Shown piece by piece: positions 1 to 12,914 of a DNA stretch of 64,000 bases. The stretch is from Octopus vulgaris (Eukaryota), in assembly GCA_951406725.2 (NCBI GenBank), contig OX597816.1, positions 126,294,001-126,358,000 of the forward strand, in the 5' to 3' direction. The translations under genes and the position numbers were made by a program. Within the stretch, counting starts at the first letter, position 1. The number at the start of each line of letters is the position of its first letter. The notes beneath the pieces are model-generated. The model searched no databases and was not told the DNA's origin. It was given only the letters and a program-made list of their open reading frames with translations.

Positions 1-1012
1 ATCTCTCAAACTACAAAGTAGTGTGGTAGTAGGCTCTACTATTACAACTTCCTTTACATTATATTTTTGGGATAGAAATTATATTTAGAATTATATTTTG
101 TTTAATTAGGAAACATATTTTGTTTATTTGAATTTTTGTTGTGTTTATTTGCATTTTTCCGTGTTGAGCTTAAACATTTTTTGTGGTACCCGTCATCAAT
201 ATTTTTGGAAATAAATTTAGTTTTATTTTTAGTTCCTATATAATACAAACTTCATTTAGAGCTGCGTTTTAACTTCAATTTCATTCCTGTGTTGAGAGAA
301 AAAAATCAATTTCATGTTTACTTTGCTGAAAATGTTCCAAATAAATGAATTTAACAAGTAACATAATTGACAAACTTGGAATTTCATGTTTAATTTGCTC
401 AAAATTTTTCAAATAATACAATTACAATTACAAATAATTGACAAAATAAGAAAATTTGTAAAGGTTTAAAAATTTTTAATAAAAAGTGCTTTGAGAAACA
501 CACTTTTCTTTTGTGAATGCTTTTATTTTGTCTGTCTGACCAAAGCTCATATATAATCTCTAGAAATGGCAATATCCCAGTGATCGTTACCTTCAGTCTG
601 GTGTTCCAGAATTTTGGCAAAACTTTATACATTGATCCATGCTGACATCACATGAGTTTTCAGAAAAAAAATCAAAATGCATATGCAAGTAATAAACTTT
701 AGGTATGCAGTATCACATATTCTTACAATATTCAGTAAAATTGACACTGCTATCCCCTCCCCGCCACCACCACCAGCAATTCAAGACTTTGAAGATTCAT
801 AGAAATCTATGAACTACACGACAAAATGTATATCTGCAAGCAAAATGTAAAGCTTTTATTAATAGAACCTCAGTGACAGAGAGGTAAAACTCAATGTCAA
901 ATAGTATATGCGTGCATATATATATATGTGAATATAAGCGAACACACAGCATGTAAAATATGCAGGAAACACTGATTTATTAAATCACCTGGAGAGACTC
1001 GATTACAAATAT

Positions 1013-1053
<41 letters not shown>

Positions 1054-1100
1054 CATGTGTACACATGTGTATGTCTATGTAATATATAGATATATGTATG

Positions 1101-1280
1101 TATATAAGAATGTAATATTTGAATTTGACATAATAAACATGAGTAGTAGTACTCAACACATGAGAATAATATTGATAAACTTGCATGGCCCCTCTTCCAA
1201 AATTCCCTTGCCTGTGATGATAAATACTTCTCCAGTACTGTTCCGACGTATATATACGAAGAGGTACCCAAAAGTAACTG
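1101..1280. repeat. Left arm of a 180-bp inverted duplication (partner 2847-3026)
   Basis: Reverse complement matches 2847-3026 with no difference seen. The ORF track gives identical peptides on opposite strands. Confidence 0.95.
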
Positions 1281-2118
1281 GTTACGTTCTCTGTAGGATA
1301 ATCCCATTGTAGCTCAGGTTTCTGCCATTAGTAGTCACTTGAAACAGCCCTTAAGCATCAGTCTACCAGCTGGCGTCGTTGTATGAAGTCATACTGCCAT
1401 GTAGTGCATCTTTGTTTTGCAGTGCTTCTCTCCTAGTTGTCTATTTGTGTGATGGTTGAAGCAAAGCAACTACGTGATCCTGTCAAATTCTGTTTTCTGT
1501 GGGGGAAAACTGCGGCCAAAATAGTTGTCATGTTTCAAACAGCTTACAAGGACACTGCTATGAGCAAAATAAGTTTATGAGTAGTTTTTATGCTTTATGA
1601 ATGGTCACTTGCTGCTTGAAGACCAACCTCATTCAGGGCGACCATCGACCACCTTGAACGAATGGAAACATCACGAAAATTCATGGACGAACTTGTTGAT
1701 ATGACTAATGTGTCCTGGAGTTCCTCTCAACGAATTTTGAATGAAAAGAGTTGCAACAAAATTTGTGCTTTGCTTGCTCGTGGAAGATCAAAAGCAGTCA
1801 CAACTGAATGCATGTTGTGAACTGAAAGAACGGTTAGAAGTTGATCTTGCTTTCTGCGACATATTTTTAAAACTCTGAATGAAAAGAAGTCCTGAAAGGA
1901 AAACGTTTTTCAGATGTGGAAGAGAAGTAAAACAAAAAAATGGAAGCCTTAAACGGTATCACTTTGCAAGGGGTCCAGGACTGCTTCGAACAGTGGAAAC
2001 AAGTCTGGACCGATGCACTGCTTCAAATGGATGATACTTTGAAGGCTATATATATGAAGGCTATATAAGAGAATAAAATAACATTGCAAAATTCCAGTTT
2101 CTTATGAGTACTCCCTTG
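1257..2118 (+). mobile_element. Internally deleted mariner (Tc1/mariner) DNA transposon relic with both TIRs
   Basis: Left end TA-CGAAGAGGTACCCAAAAGTAACTGG; right end reverse complement TA-CAAGGGAGTACTCATAAGAAACTGG. Degenerate transposase N-terminus (VKFCFLWGKTAAKIVVMFQTAYKDTAMSK...LEDQPHSGRPST) is fused at ~1843 to C-terminal motifs (DLA.CD, LKGKRFSDVE, FEQWKQ..DRCTASNG.YFEG). Confidence 0.85.
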
Positions 2119-2155
<37 letters not shown>

Positions 2156-2314
2156 TTATATGTATATATGTATATATATCTGTGTGTTTATATGTATATA
2201 TGTATGTATATATGTATATATATCTGTGTGTTTATATGTATATATGTATGTTTATATGTATATATGTATATATATATATATATCTGTGTGTTTATATGTA
2301 TATATATATATATG

Positions 2315-2345
<31 letters not shown>

Positions 2346-2464
2346 ATATGTATATATATATGTATATATATGTATATATGTATGTATATATATATGTATA
2401 TATATGTATATATATATGTATATATATATATATATATGTATGTATATATATATATATATGTATG

Positions 2465-2497
<33 letters not shown>

Positions 2498-2522
2498 GTA
2501 TGTATATATATATATATGTATG

Positions 2523-2612
<90 letters not shown>

Positions 2613-2671
2613 TACATATATATATATATACATACATATATATATATACATACATATATATATATACATAC

Positions 2672-2704
<33 letters not shown>

Positions 2705-3038
2705 CATACATATATATATATATACATACATATATATATATATATACATATATATATACATATATATACATATATATATACATACATATATACATATATA
2801 TACATATATATATACATATATACATACATACATACATACATACATACAGTTACTTTTGGGTACCTCTTCGTATATATACGTCGGAACAGTACTGGAGAAG
2901 TATTTATCATCACAGGCAAGGGAATTTTGGAAGAGGGGCCATGCAAGTTTATCAATATTATTCTCATGTGTTGAGTACTACTACTCATGTTTATTATGTC
3001 AAATTCAAATATTACATTCTTATATATATATATGTATG

Positions 3039-3071
<33 letters not shown>

Positions 3072-3298
3072 GTATATATATATATGTATGTATATATGTA
3101 TGTATATATGTATATATATATGTATGTATATATGTATATATATATGTATGTATATATGTATATATATATGTATATATGTATGTATATATGTATATATATA
3201 TGTATGTATATATGTATATATATATGTATGTATATATGTATATATATATGTATGTATATATGTATATATATATGTATGTATATATATATATATGTATG

Positions 3299-3332
<34 letters not shown>

Positions 3333-3540
3333 TGTATGTATATATATATATATGTATGTATATATATATATATGTATATATGTATGTATATATATATATA
3401 TGTATGTATATATATATATATGTATATATGTATGTATATATATATATATGTATATATATATGTATATATATATATATGTATATATGTATGTATATATGTA
3501 TGTATACATATATATGTATGTGTGTGTATACACACACATA
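2118..3540. repeat. ~1.4-kb compound (TA)n/(TATG)n/(CATA)n microsatellite interrupted by the inverted 180-bp copy
   Basis: Low-complexity TA-based array that produces the spurious YI/YM-rich ORFs. Confidence 0.97.
2847..3026. repeat. Right arm of the 180-bp inverted duplication
   Basis: CAGTTACTTTTGGGTACCTCTTCG...ATTCTTATATA is the reverse complement of 1101-1280. Confidence 0.95.
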
Positions 3541-4224
3541 TATGGCCTGAGGTGAATTTGTAACCTTTATATCCATGTCAGAAAGAATACCATCAGGTTA
3601 TTAAATAGTACTTTAATATGGTTGAGAATAAGCATTAAAAACATTAACTTCCTCTCTTTGTAGATATCAAAAAATGAGTAATGATGAAGATTGGAATGGA
3701 GTGTAGAGTAGAATAAAACATTGTGGAAGTATTAGGACCACATACTTTCATAAAATTTCTATTCTCTTCAGCTTCATTATTTTATTGAATACAAAGAAAC
3801 ATATGAAAAATATCATGTACATCACAGAGGTGGTTTTCATATAAAGTATTTGTATAGTAATATCTAAATTTCTAAAAAAAAATTAGTAAAATCCATTTAC
3901 TTAGAATGAATAACTTAAAATGTATCAAGATCACAAAAGAAGTGACAATAAAAAAACTAAAGTTAATTATAAAATTTAGATAAATAAAACTTGAGATGAT
4001 AAGTAAATTTTTTTCAAGAGATTAATATTTTATTCAAAATTGTAATTGTGTATTACATATCAAATGCACTTGTTGATTTCACTGTATATCTTTTTTTGTG
4101 TGGTTTCTTATAGTTTAGCTCTTGTTTGAATCAGTTGTGTTCAAAATGTTCATTATAATAGAATTAAATGATTTTTAAAAATCTGCTCAAAATATACCAA
4201 GAAGATATAAAAATAAATAGATCA

Positions 4225-4690
4225 ACATACAGATGGATAGGTACATAGGTTATAAGAACAGACAAACACACATATGCAAATGGAGCCTGAAACACATGAC
4301 CATATATACACACACTTTACTCCACACAAGAACACGTATGGAGACACAGATCCACACATATAAAGATGCACATCCATACATGCAAACATGTTACATAGTT
4401 GCATAACACAAGCACACACAAAGAGACAGAGGTGCATATATATACAAACATATGCTCACACACATACATAGAAAATACACAAACACATAAATATGCAGGA
4501 TACATACATACAGATGCACACATATATACATATTATACATATGCATACACACACATATATACACACATACACATGCAAACATACATATACACACATGCAA
4601 ACATACATACACACATACATACGTACATGCATGTATGCATAGGCACACACATGCACACTGACCCACACACATGCGCACAAACAAACAAAA
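4225..4690. repeat. Degenerate (CA)/(CATA) microsatellite
   Basis: Old, interrupted ACAC/ATAC run. Confidence 0.85.
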
Positions 4691-6799
4691 AGGAATGCAG
4701 TGTAAATAACGGACAGAGTCAAGACTATTGAAAAGGTTGCAAGATGCAACAAAAATTTTAGGAAAATAAAAAAATATAAGAAATAAGTGGAAATTTTACC
4801 AGTGAGTGTGTTACATTATAAGGCACAAAAAGAAAATGACTCTCCCCAAACACAACAGAATTCTCAATGATTCAACTGCTGCTTTTGTTGTAATTGTTAA
4901 GAAACAATTACATTTTTCTATGTGCTCTGTTTGTACTGAAAAATTGGGATGAAACAACCTGGTGCCCTTTTGAAATGGATTTTGACAATGAATTGACTTA
5001 TTACAAATTGACTAGAAGCAAATTGACCAATAACACACTTTCACACATACATGCGCATGTATGCACACACTCACACACACAAATAGAAAATGGTCACTTC
5101 TAAAACATCACTGAATATATGTTGGCTCAGTTAGAGCTGACTTTGCAGGATAAACAAGAACATCAACTAGCCTTAGAAAAAGGCAAGCTTGGTATTGTAA
5201 ACATAGTTGCTGTTCTGCTTGTCACAACAATTTTGCAGTTTCAGTTGATGTGCTAGAATAGTTTCAGTTTTATTGGAATTTATATTTAAAACTTCTAGAA
5301 AGCAAATATGCCATGGGAGCTGTTCATCAAGAAAGTTTTGGCAAGCATTTTTTAATGCATTGGAATATTGTCTCATGTCAAAAATGCTCCTTTATTGGAC
5401 ACCATCATTTTGGTTGCTGCCCAGTATACTGATTTTAGAATAGTTAATTGTTACCCACCAGTCTAATTAGTAAATATTTATAATTAGTTAACTTTAGCTA
5501 TTGTAAATAAAGCAACACACTACTAATGAACACATGGAAAAGGCTGGTGTATTAATTCGACTAGTTGTAATTATGAGAAAGATGGCAAAGCAACTAAATA
5601 AAATTTGTTCATGATGTGACAAAATATATTTGTGGAACTAATATAGCATTACATGGTAATTAAAAATGATGTTCATTATGAAATGTCTTCAGTGTTATTC
5701 AATGTTTTTATTACACAGATGTTAATGATTGTTTCAAATTTAATTTTAGAATAGCTTGCACATTAATTCTGTTCTTTTAGATTTTTATTTTTTAAAAATA
5801 TTTTTGTTTTCTAATTGTACATATTTACATGTGTGATTATATGATTGTTCTTTTTGATAAGTAGTTTTCATTTTTTTTTCAATATTTTTATTAAAATTAA
5901 GTATTTTGTTGAATGACCCAGAAAAATATATGTAAATTGAGCTTGCAGTTTTCTTTGTCTATATAAAGAAATATGCTTTTACCACAAAAACTCCATAAGC
6001 AGTAAATATAAATTCTTGAAATAATTTCAATTTATCATTAAAAAATAGACATATTCAAAAATATCAGTTTTACAATTGAATGAATTATAATTGTAAATAT
6101 ATTGAAATGATATTTTTTCAGAAAATTATAACTGAATCTTTCATATTAAAATTCTATATAATGCTTGAAAAACCTTTTGTAATTTTGTCAGCTACTACGC
6201 AACAGAATTAATGTTACATAAAAATTTGGGAACAGCAAAACAAATATGATTATCTGTAAGCATTCTTTTTATTTTTATATGTTGGAATTTGTCAAAATCA
6301 GTATGTTCTATATCACAAAATTAGCTAAGAAATGAAATTGGTCAAAAAAGAAAAATTAAATGAAACTAGTTTAAAATAAATAAATACATGAAAGTAGAAG
6401 TAATATACATAAGCTGTAAAAAAATTAAATTAGTTGCTAATTGATATTATTTTATCTCTATAAAGAAAGGAGATGACTTCACAGATGTTCTGCTTTACCT
6501 ACTCTTCCACTTGCTTTTTATCTGGCTGAAGAAATAGCAATTGAATCATGAAGAAAACAAAGAGAGATATATTTATTCATGAGGTGGAAGTCAATTTATG
6601 TAAAGTGAAATAATTTTGAGGTGTCATCCAAATGGCAATTTTTTTTTGTGATTAAGTCATGAGGAAAGATAGTACTAATGACATATCACAGGACCTCTGA
6701 AACTAGCGGGAAACAGGTAGGCAAGTATACTCAAACTAGAGACATAGTCTGAATGATTGCAACCAAGTGGAAGCTGCCAAAGGGGTAAAAAGTTTCAGG

Positions 6800-8550
6800 T
6801 CATCATGGTCTCATTTAACATCCATATTCTATGCTAGCATGGTGTGGCTGGTTCAACAGGATCCAACTAGCCTGAGAGCTGCTTAAGTTTTCAATGCTTG
6901 CTTTGGCAAGATTTCTAAAACTGGATGCCCTTTTTAACATCAACCATTTTACAGACTGCACTAAAATCTTTTTTCATAGCAGCAGTGTGAGTGAGGTCAC
7001 CATGTAACTTGCAAGACACGACCCTTTGACTGAGTGAGGTACAGTATTGAAGGAGGTGGATTTGTACCAGGTACTGAGAGGCTAACTATGAAAGGGGGAT
7101 AGGGATGGATGTCTTGATGTAGAAAACATACATGGTTACTCCTTTAAGAAATGGAGAAACGATGGTGGAAATGAGGTATCAGGAAATGTCCTCAAAGTAC
7201 AAGATGGTGGATAAAAAGCAAAAAAAAAGCAAAGAAGTGAGGATGGCTGGCTGGATAGGTAGGTTTGCAGGGGTGTGAAAGAAGTGTGACATATTGTAGA
7301 GATGAGATCAGAAGTGAAAGTAGTGAATGTTGAAAATGAATGGAAGCATGGGCATTAGCGAGTCTCAGCCTGGGGAATGTAAGGAAAATAGGAGTGGGTC
7401 ATGGTGAAAGAGGTAACATGAGGTAATACATTAGAAAAGTGTAGGGTCAGGAGGACAAGCACAGTATAATGAACCCAAAGATATATGAAAAATAGGGAGA
7501 TGAAGTGAAGTGATGGGGAGAGAAGATGCACAGTGACAAAGGTTAAACTTACATCAGGTGGTATGTAGTGAGTTACATCAGTGGCAGATATAAGAGAGTG
7601 TTCATGGGAAAGAGGTAAATATGGTAAAATGGGATAAAGTTGGGGTGCAGGAAAGGTATAGAAGGGAGCAGAGAGATTACTTGTAGCACACAAAGAGGAG
7701 AGGAGAGAATTTGTTCAGTGCTGCTTTCATATAATTATAGCAGCTGCAAAATAATACCATGATTAGAGGAGGTTACAGAGATGAGTTGCTGGGAAGAGTT
7801 GACAGGTACAGATTAGATGAAGTGGCATAGACATTAACGATGTGCTTTTAGGATCTTATTTTTCACTGAGATAGGCAGATCTTCTCAAACATGATAAATT
7901 GCCAATCACATCAGTCCTTTGCCAACTCCTCTATGATGCTCTGCAACCTGAAATTAATATCATGTCATCCTGTATTTCCCTTATTCATAAGTTCCATTCA
8001 CATTTAATGATTGGCACGTATTGATGCAGGTGTCTTCCTCCATATACATTACATGACCATACCGGTGCAGTCTTTTCTCTTTCACTCTATGTCTCCTATG
8101 GCCAATCTTCCTTTCATCATATTTGCAGTTTGTTGTACATGCACATTGAGGATGCACATCCAGCATGCTGGTTACATTTCTTTCTAGTCTTTCTCATGTT
8201 CTCTGCATTCTTGACCCATATTTCACTACCATGCTGCATTACTGCTTGTACACAAACATTATACAATCTGCTTTTCACTCTGAGATAGAGAACTTTTGTT
8301 ATCAACAAAGGTAGTAACTCACTGAACTTTCTCCAGCCAGTTCATATTCTCATAACTTTACCTTCAGAACATCTTCCTTCACTAATAATTAGGTCACCTT
8401 AGTAACAGAAACTATCTATAACCTCCAAGAATCCGTCTGGGTATTTGAGAAAATTCATTTACCATGTGTTCTTAGTGTTGATTGCTCCCATACATTTTCC
8501 ACAAATTCTACTTTCTCTGTTAATCTTCCAGTTATTTCACAGCACTTTTT
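6800..8550 (-). mobile_element. RTE-clade LINE 3' relic (end of ORF plus long 3' UTR)
   Basis: Degenerate peptides LITKVLYLRVKSRLYNVCVQAVMQHGSEIW and KRLHRYGHVMYMEEDTCINTCQSLNVNG. The tail near 6800-6860 resembles the CATCAT-TTAACGTCC-TTCCATGC end repeated across the window. Confidence 0.75.
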
Positions 8551-9835
8551 GTGTGTGTAACCAAATGATAGATTAAATTAATTTGCTAAGTATGTGAAAG
8601 CATATTTAATTAGAAAAAAAAAGGAATTATTAGTTGACTCTACATTATGTTTACTTCAATAGATATGGGAAACAACTCCAGATATGTTTTGCTCTTTCCT
8701 TGGAAGTACTAACCCTAACCCAAATTACTAAATATTTTTATATGTTAATGAGCATCTCCAACTTTCAGAAGCTTGGGAGAGACAGGTAGCAAATAATGAT
8801 GAGCCACAAAGATAGAAAAAGTATTGGTAAGATCTACATTTAAAACTGTCTGACAAATATTATTGTTCAATCACAGGATTTAATTTCACAGGAAGACTAA
8901 ATGCATGCATATATAACTTCATATACATAGATATTCATGAGTCACTCTGTATTGGTATGGTAGTAATATATGGTGGGTCATTAGTTTTGTACCTGTATAT
9001 AAATGAATTGTGTCCAACACAATTTTGTTTGTATTTTAATGGGTTGTTTTCTTGTTATTAATGCTTGCAGTTTGGAAAGGAAGGTTAAGATAATCCTGAT
9101 AAGCAGTAATGATGACAAAACTGGTTAGCTCAATCTTCATTTCAAGCTGACAAAAATGACTGATCTACTCAAGGGATCTAATTTCATAGTATGATTAAAT
9201 ACTTCACAAATGTTTAAACAAGAATGAACATTTGTTGCTGAACAGTGTGTGTTTGAAAAATTAAATTATTCAGAAAATAAAATAACTTGTGTAAAAATAT
9301 ACAATCTACTAAAATATATTTTTTACACTTTCGGAGACAAATATAAATAAGTTTTAGAGTCTTTATTATCAGTATATCTGCTATCGGATAATTGCAAGCA
9401 GAATATGCTTGTAGTATTAACAACAGTAGTTATGTAAGGGAAGTAGTAATGCTAGCAGTTGGTTAAACAGCATTTTTATTGTGCTCAGTTTCTGCTTTAA
9501 TATTTCTATCTGTGCCGTTAATGTTTCATATACTGAACAGCAAGTCTGAATAAATTTAGTGTTCAAAGCTCATAAATTTAATGGCAGAATGATCAGGATA
9601 CTAAACATTCAGACAATTCGTAACGTTCTTGTTGCTTTCATTTAAGCAATTCGTGTTTAAACACACACACACGTATATATTTCTCCATGCCAGACATGTT
9701 TTCACAGAAGTTTGCAAATGAAAGAACACTGCTTGTATGGCAGTGATGTCATTCACAACAACTAAGCAATATCAAAACAAAAAGACAAGCACCTACACAC
9801 ACCGATACCCACCCCTGTATATATATATATATATA

Positions 9836-9935
9836 TCATCATCATCATCGTTTAGCGTCCGCTTTCCATACTAGCATGGGTTGGATGGTTCAACTGGGGT
9901 CTGGGAAGCCAGAAGGCTGCACCAGGCCCAGTCTG
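9836..9935 (-). mobile_element. Short 3' tail fragment of an RTE LINE inserted in (TA)n
   Basis: (CAT)n-CGTTTAGCGTCCGCTTTCCATACTAGCATGGGTTGGATGG; the same end occurs at 24232, 12915 and 17715. Confidence 0.7.
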
Positions 9936-9967
9936 AGCCTGATATATATATATATATATACATATAT

Positions 9968-10337
9968 GAGCAAAACGCCCCACCGTCCAATGGACGGTGC
10001 TGAGTTGTCAAATATTTAAACCAAATTTTCTCAAAACAACTTGTCCGACCGTCCCATAGGCCTCCCCTTTGAGAAACACTGGTTTAACCTAAATTTGAGA
10101 CACCAGCAAAAGAAGAAACAAAGATAGACTTTTTTCTTATTCCAAGAAAAACGATTTTACAAATGCATGTTCCCACGGCTTTATTGATCGCATTCTTACC
10201 TGGAATCGATTTGTGTAATTTTTTCAAGACTTATACATGCCCTGATACCGTCAGTATTTACATATCAAATTTGAGTGCAACCAGATGGAGGATGCCCAAG
10301 ATCCTAGAAGACACACAGACAGAACCGATTTTATATA
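9968..10337 (+). mobile_element. Non-autonomous Helitron/Helentron-like (HINE/Lep1-like) element
   Basis: 5' hairpin CACCGTCCA-A-TGGACGGTG (9981-9999), 3' CACACAGACAGA...TTTTATATA end, sits next to (TA)n, no TIRs. Confidence 0.5.
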
Positions 10338-10772
10338 ATAAATGTATGACAAATTTCTTTCAATTTCTATCGACTAAATCTACATACAAGGCTGCTTCTG
10401 CTGAAGGTGCCACACTGAAGGACTGGGTGCAAAACTATCTGGCTGCAAAGTAAACTTCCACATAGTTACACCTGGGCACACACATACACACAAGTATTTA
10501 CTCACTAGCTCTGTGTTGGCCAAAGTCTTTTGAGTGAAAGAAGCTCATATATTCTTTTACTTGCTTCAGTCATTTGACTATGGCCATGCTGGAGCATTGC
10601 CTCAAAGGATTTTCTTAGTTGAAGAAATCACCCTCAGGACTTATTCTTTGGAAGCCTATTACTTATTCTATCAGCCTCTTTTACCAAACTGCTTAGTTAC
10701 CGGGATGTAAACAAACCACTTTCAGTTGTCAAGTGATGGTGGGGGAATAAAGAGAGACACAAGGACACACAC

Positions 10773-10823
<51 letters not shown>

Positions 10824-10825
<2 letters not shown>

Positions 10826-11180
10826 TGAGTGTATTTTACCTTGTTAACAATTAACATGGATAAATGAATGAATAGTTACCAGGGCAGCAAAAATCTCACA
10901 AGTAAAGATGTTGTAACTCCTTGTTTATAAAGGTTGAAACTTCGTGTTTACGTTGAATATTTGAATAATAGGAATAAAAAATGGAGTTAACGCAGGTTTA
11001 AACAAGTATTTTTTCTTTCTACATATGTTTCAAAAATTCCACTGATACTTATTCAAAAGAATAAAAGGTATAAACAATGCAATCTTCTCTTCGGGAAAGT
11101 GAAAAAACGAAACTTGTCAATACAACATTTTAGCAAAAAATGATGGATTCGTATAGCGATAGACAGAACGCTATTAATAT
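10824..11180 (-). mobile_element. Hammerhead-bearing (TA)n-inserted element, copy 1 (Penelope-like terminus or retrozyme-like)
   Basis: Aligns along its length with 62947-63280, has the same terminus against (TA)n, and contains a hammerhead motif. Confidence 0.7.
11015..11099 (-). ncRNA. Type I hammerhead ribozyme fold (U4C variant)
   Basis: Minus strand: CTTTC-CCGAAGA-GAAGATT...AATTTTT-GAAA-C ATAT G-TA^GAAAG. 5-bp stem I, long stem II, palindromic minimal stem III (ACATATGT). Confidence 0.6.
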
Positions 11181-11207
11181 TGTTATTATATATATATATA
11201 TATATAT

Positions 11208-11251
<44 letters not shown>

Positions 11252-12019
11252 GATAGGCTTCTTTCAGCTACTGTCTACCAAGTTCACTCACATGACTTTG
11301 GTCAGCCTGAGGCTATAGTAGAAGACACTTGCCCAAGGTGCCATGCAGTGGGACTGAATCCAGAATCATTTGGTTGGGAGGCTATGTGTATGTGTGTGTA
11401 TGCATAAGTAAACATTACCAATGTTTTTTTTGTTTTTTTGATTTAGGAAACAGAGTTTTTATCTTATTGATCTCAATAGAAAAAAGAGAGAAAGAGAGTA
11501 ATGCATCTCCTGCAACTCCCAAAGAGGTCAAGATTTGAATATGTGTTCTAAAACAAACTAAATATCTTCTCAAATGACCCACTTTGCGAAAACAAAACTG
11601 ATGAAATAAACAATCAAAATAACCTTTTCTATTGCACAAACTTAGAAATTATATATTCAAGTAGTGTTTGTTTTGAAATTTAATTACAAATTATATGGTG
11701 TTATTTGAAATACTGTTTAATGTTTCTTAAAAAATATTTTCACTGTATTTTTTCAGATATCCTTTTAAAGTAATGAGTCATTTTAAAACTGCTAACCTTT
11801 TTATTTATTAATGTTATTTATTAGTTACTATGTTCACTTGTCCCCTGGGCAGCTATAAAATAATTATTTTTATACAGAAAATTATATATGGCTAAAGAAA
11901 TTGGATTTCGACTTTCCTAATAGCATTGGTAGCAAGAAATGGTACTATTGGGAATGAATGATTCTTTGTTTCTTTGAAAAAACCAATTCACTTATAAAAA
12001 ATTGAAATAATATATTTAC

Positions 12020-12880
12020 ATCCACATCATCATCATCACTTTTTTCATACTAGCATGGTTGGTCTATTTAGATCTGATGGTTCTATGGACTGCATCACTC
12101 TCTAGCACTGTTTGGCATTGTTTCTAAGGCTGGATGTCCTTGCTAATGCCAACCACTTTACAGCATGCACTGGGTCATGTTGTCATGCCACTAGCATTAA
12201 TAAGGTCACTATACAGCTATGAACCCCAAGAGTGCTGGTTTTATGAGAGAAGATGAAGGGTTCAAGTATGAGATTAGGAGGAATAGCTACTTAAATTTTT
12301 GAAGAGTTGGTGGGGGATGAGCCTTGTGGAGGAGGAAAGAGATTAAAAAAGGCAATGTTGAGATGTCTATATGAACTCTCAAGGTATGAGGTAAGTGAAG
12401 TGAATGGAGGCGAACTAGGAGTGAGGGTGGGTCGAGTTATGACTGAGTGAGAGCAGGAGAATATATTAAGTGTTGAATATAGTGAAGAACAAGTGTTGAG
12501 TCAATAATTAGGAGATGAAGGGAAGAGTAGGTGATAACTGTAGAGATTGGGTGTGGTTTTGGGATGGATGTTGTGAATGGTGGACAAAGGGTGGGAATAA
12601 CCAGTGATGATGGGTATCAGAAATGTAATGATGTTGGAAAGTTGAGAGAGAAAGAAAGAGGACAAATCTTTGGGTAGGTACACGAGTATGTGAGAAGAAA
12701 GACATGTAGTGCATGGGGAGTGTAAGAGACATAAGATGGTTGAGAAGGTGAGATGATATGGTGTCTCTGGGGTGAGGAGCAATATAAAATGTGGGTGTAG
12801 GGGATAGTACTAATGATGAGGTGTTGATATCAAGTGAAATGGTTCATGGTATGAAAGGAAAAACCACAATTAACAGCAAG
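12020..12880 (-). mobile_element. Degenerate RTE LINE 3' UTR relic
   Basis: (CAT)n tail, GGATGTCCTTGCTAATGCCAACCACTTTACAG motif and purine-rich body, as at 6800-7800. Confidence 0.6.
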
Positions 12881-12914
12881 GGAATTGTTCAATAGTCCCA
12901 GTGTGCATATACTC

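Larger units (their letters stand above)
10552..11382 (-). mobile_element. tRNA-derived octopus-type SINE split at its internal microsatellite by a nested insertion
   Basis: The 3' half (10552-10775) and 5' half (11249-11382) both match the intact copy at 48011-48441 in reverse orientation. Confidence 0.8.

Noticed and set aside
399-641. Short ORF or exon candidates on both strands
   Set aside because: Conflicting frames, weak acceptors and no recognisable product.
2104-3576. 460-480 aa ORFs in several frames on both strands
   Set aside because: TA/TG/CA microsatellites lack stop codons, so the YI/YM/HT repeats are artefacts. The same applies to ORFs near 4200-4750, 19800, 24650, 36000, 43150, 47200-47900, 50400 and 62500.
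6499-6525. Possible 27-nt minus-strand microexon (ttcttcag|...|gtaaag)
   Set aside because: Splice signals alone are common in AT-rich DNA, and there is no homology or partner exon.
8709-8721. CTAACCCTAACCC telomere-like dimer
   Set aside because: Only two units and no associated rearrangement, so compatible with chance.
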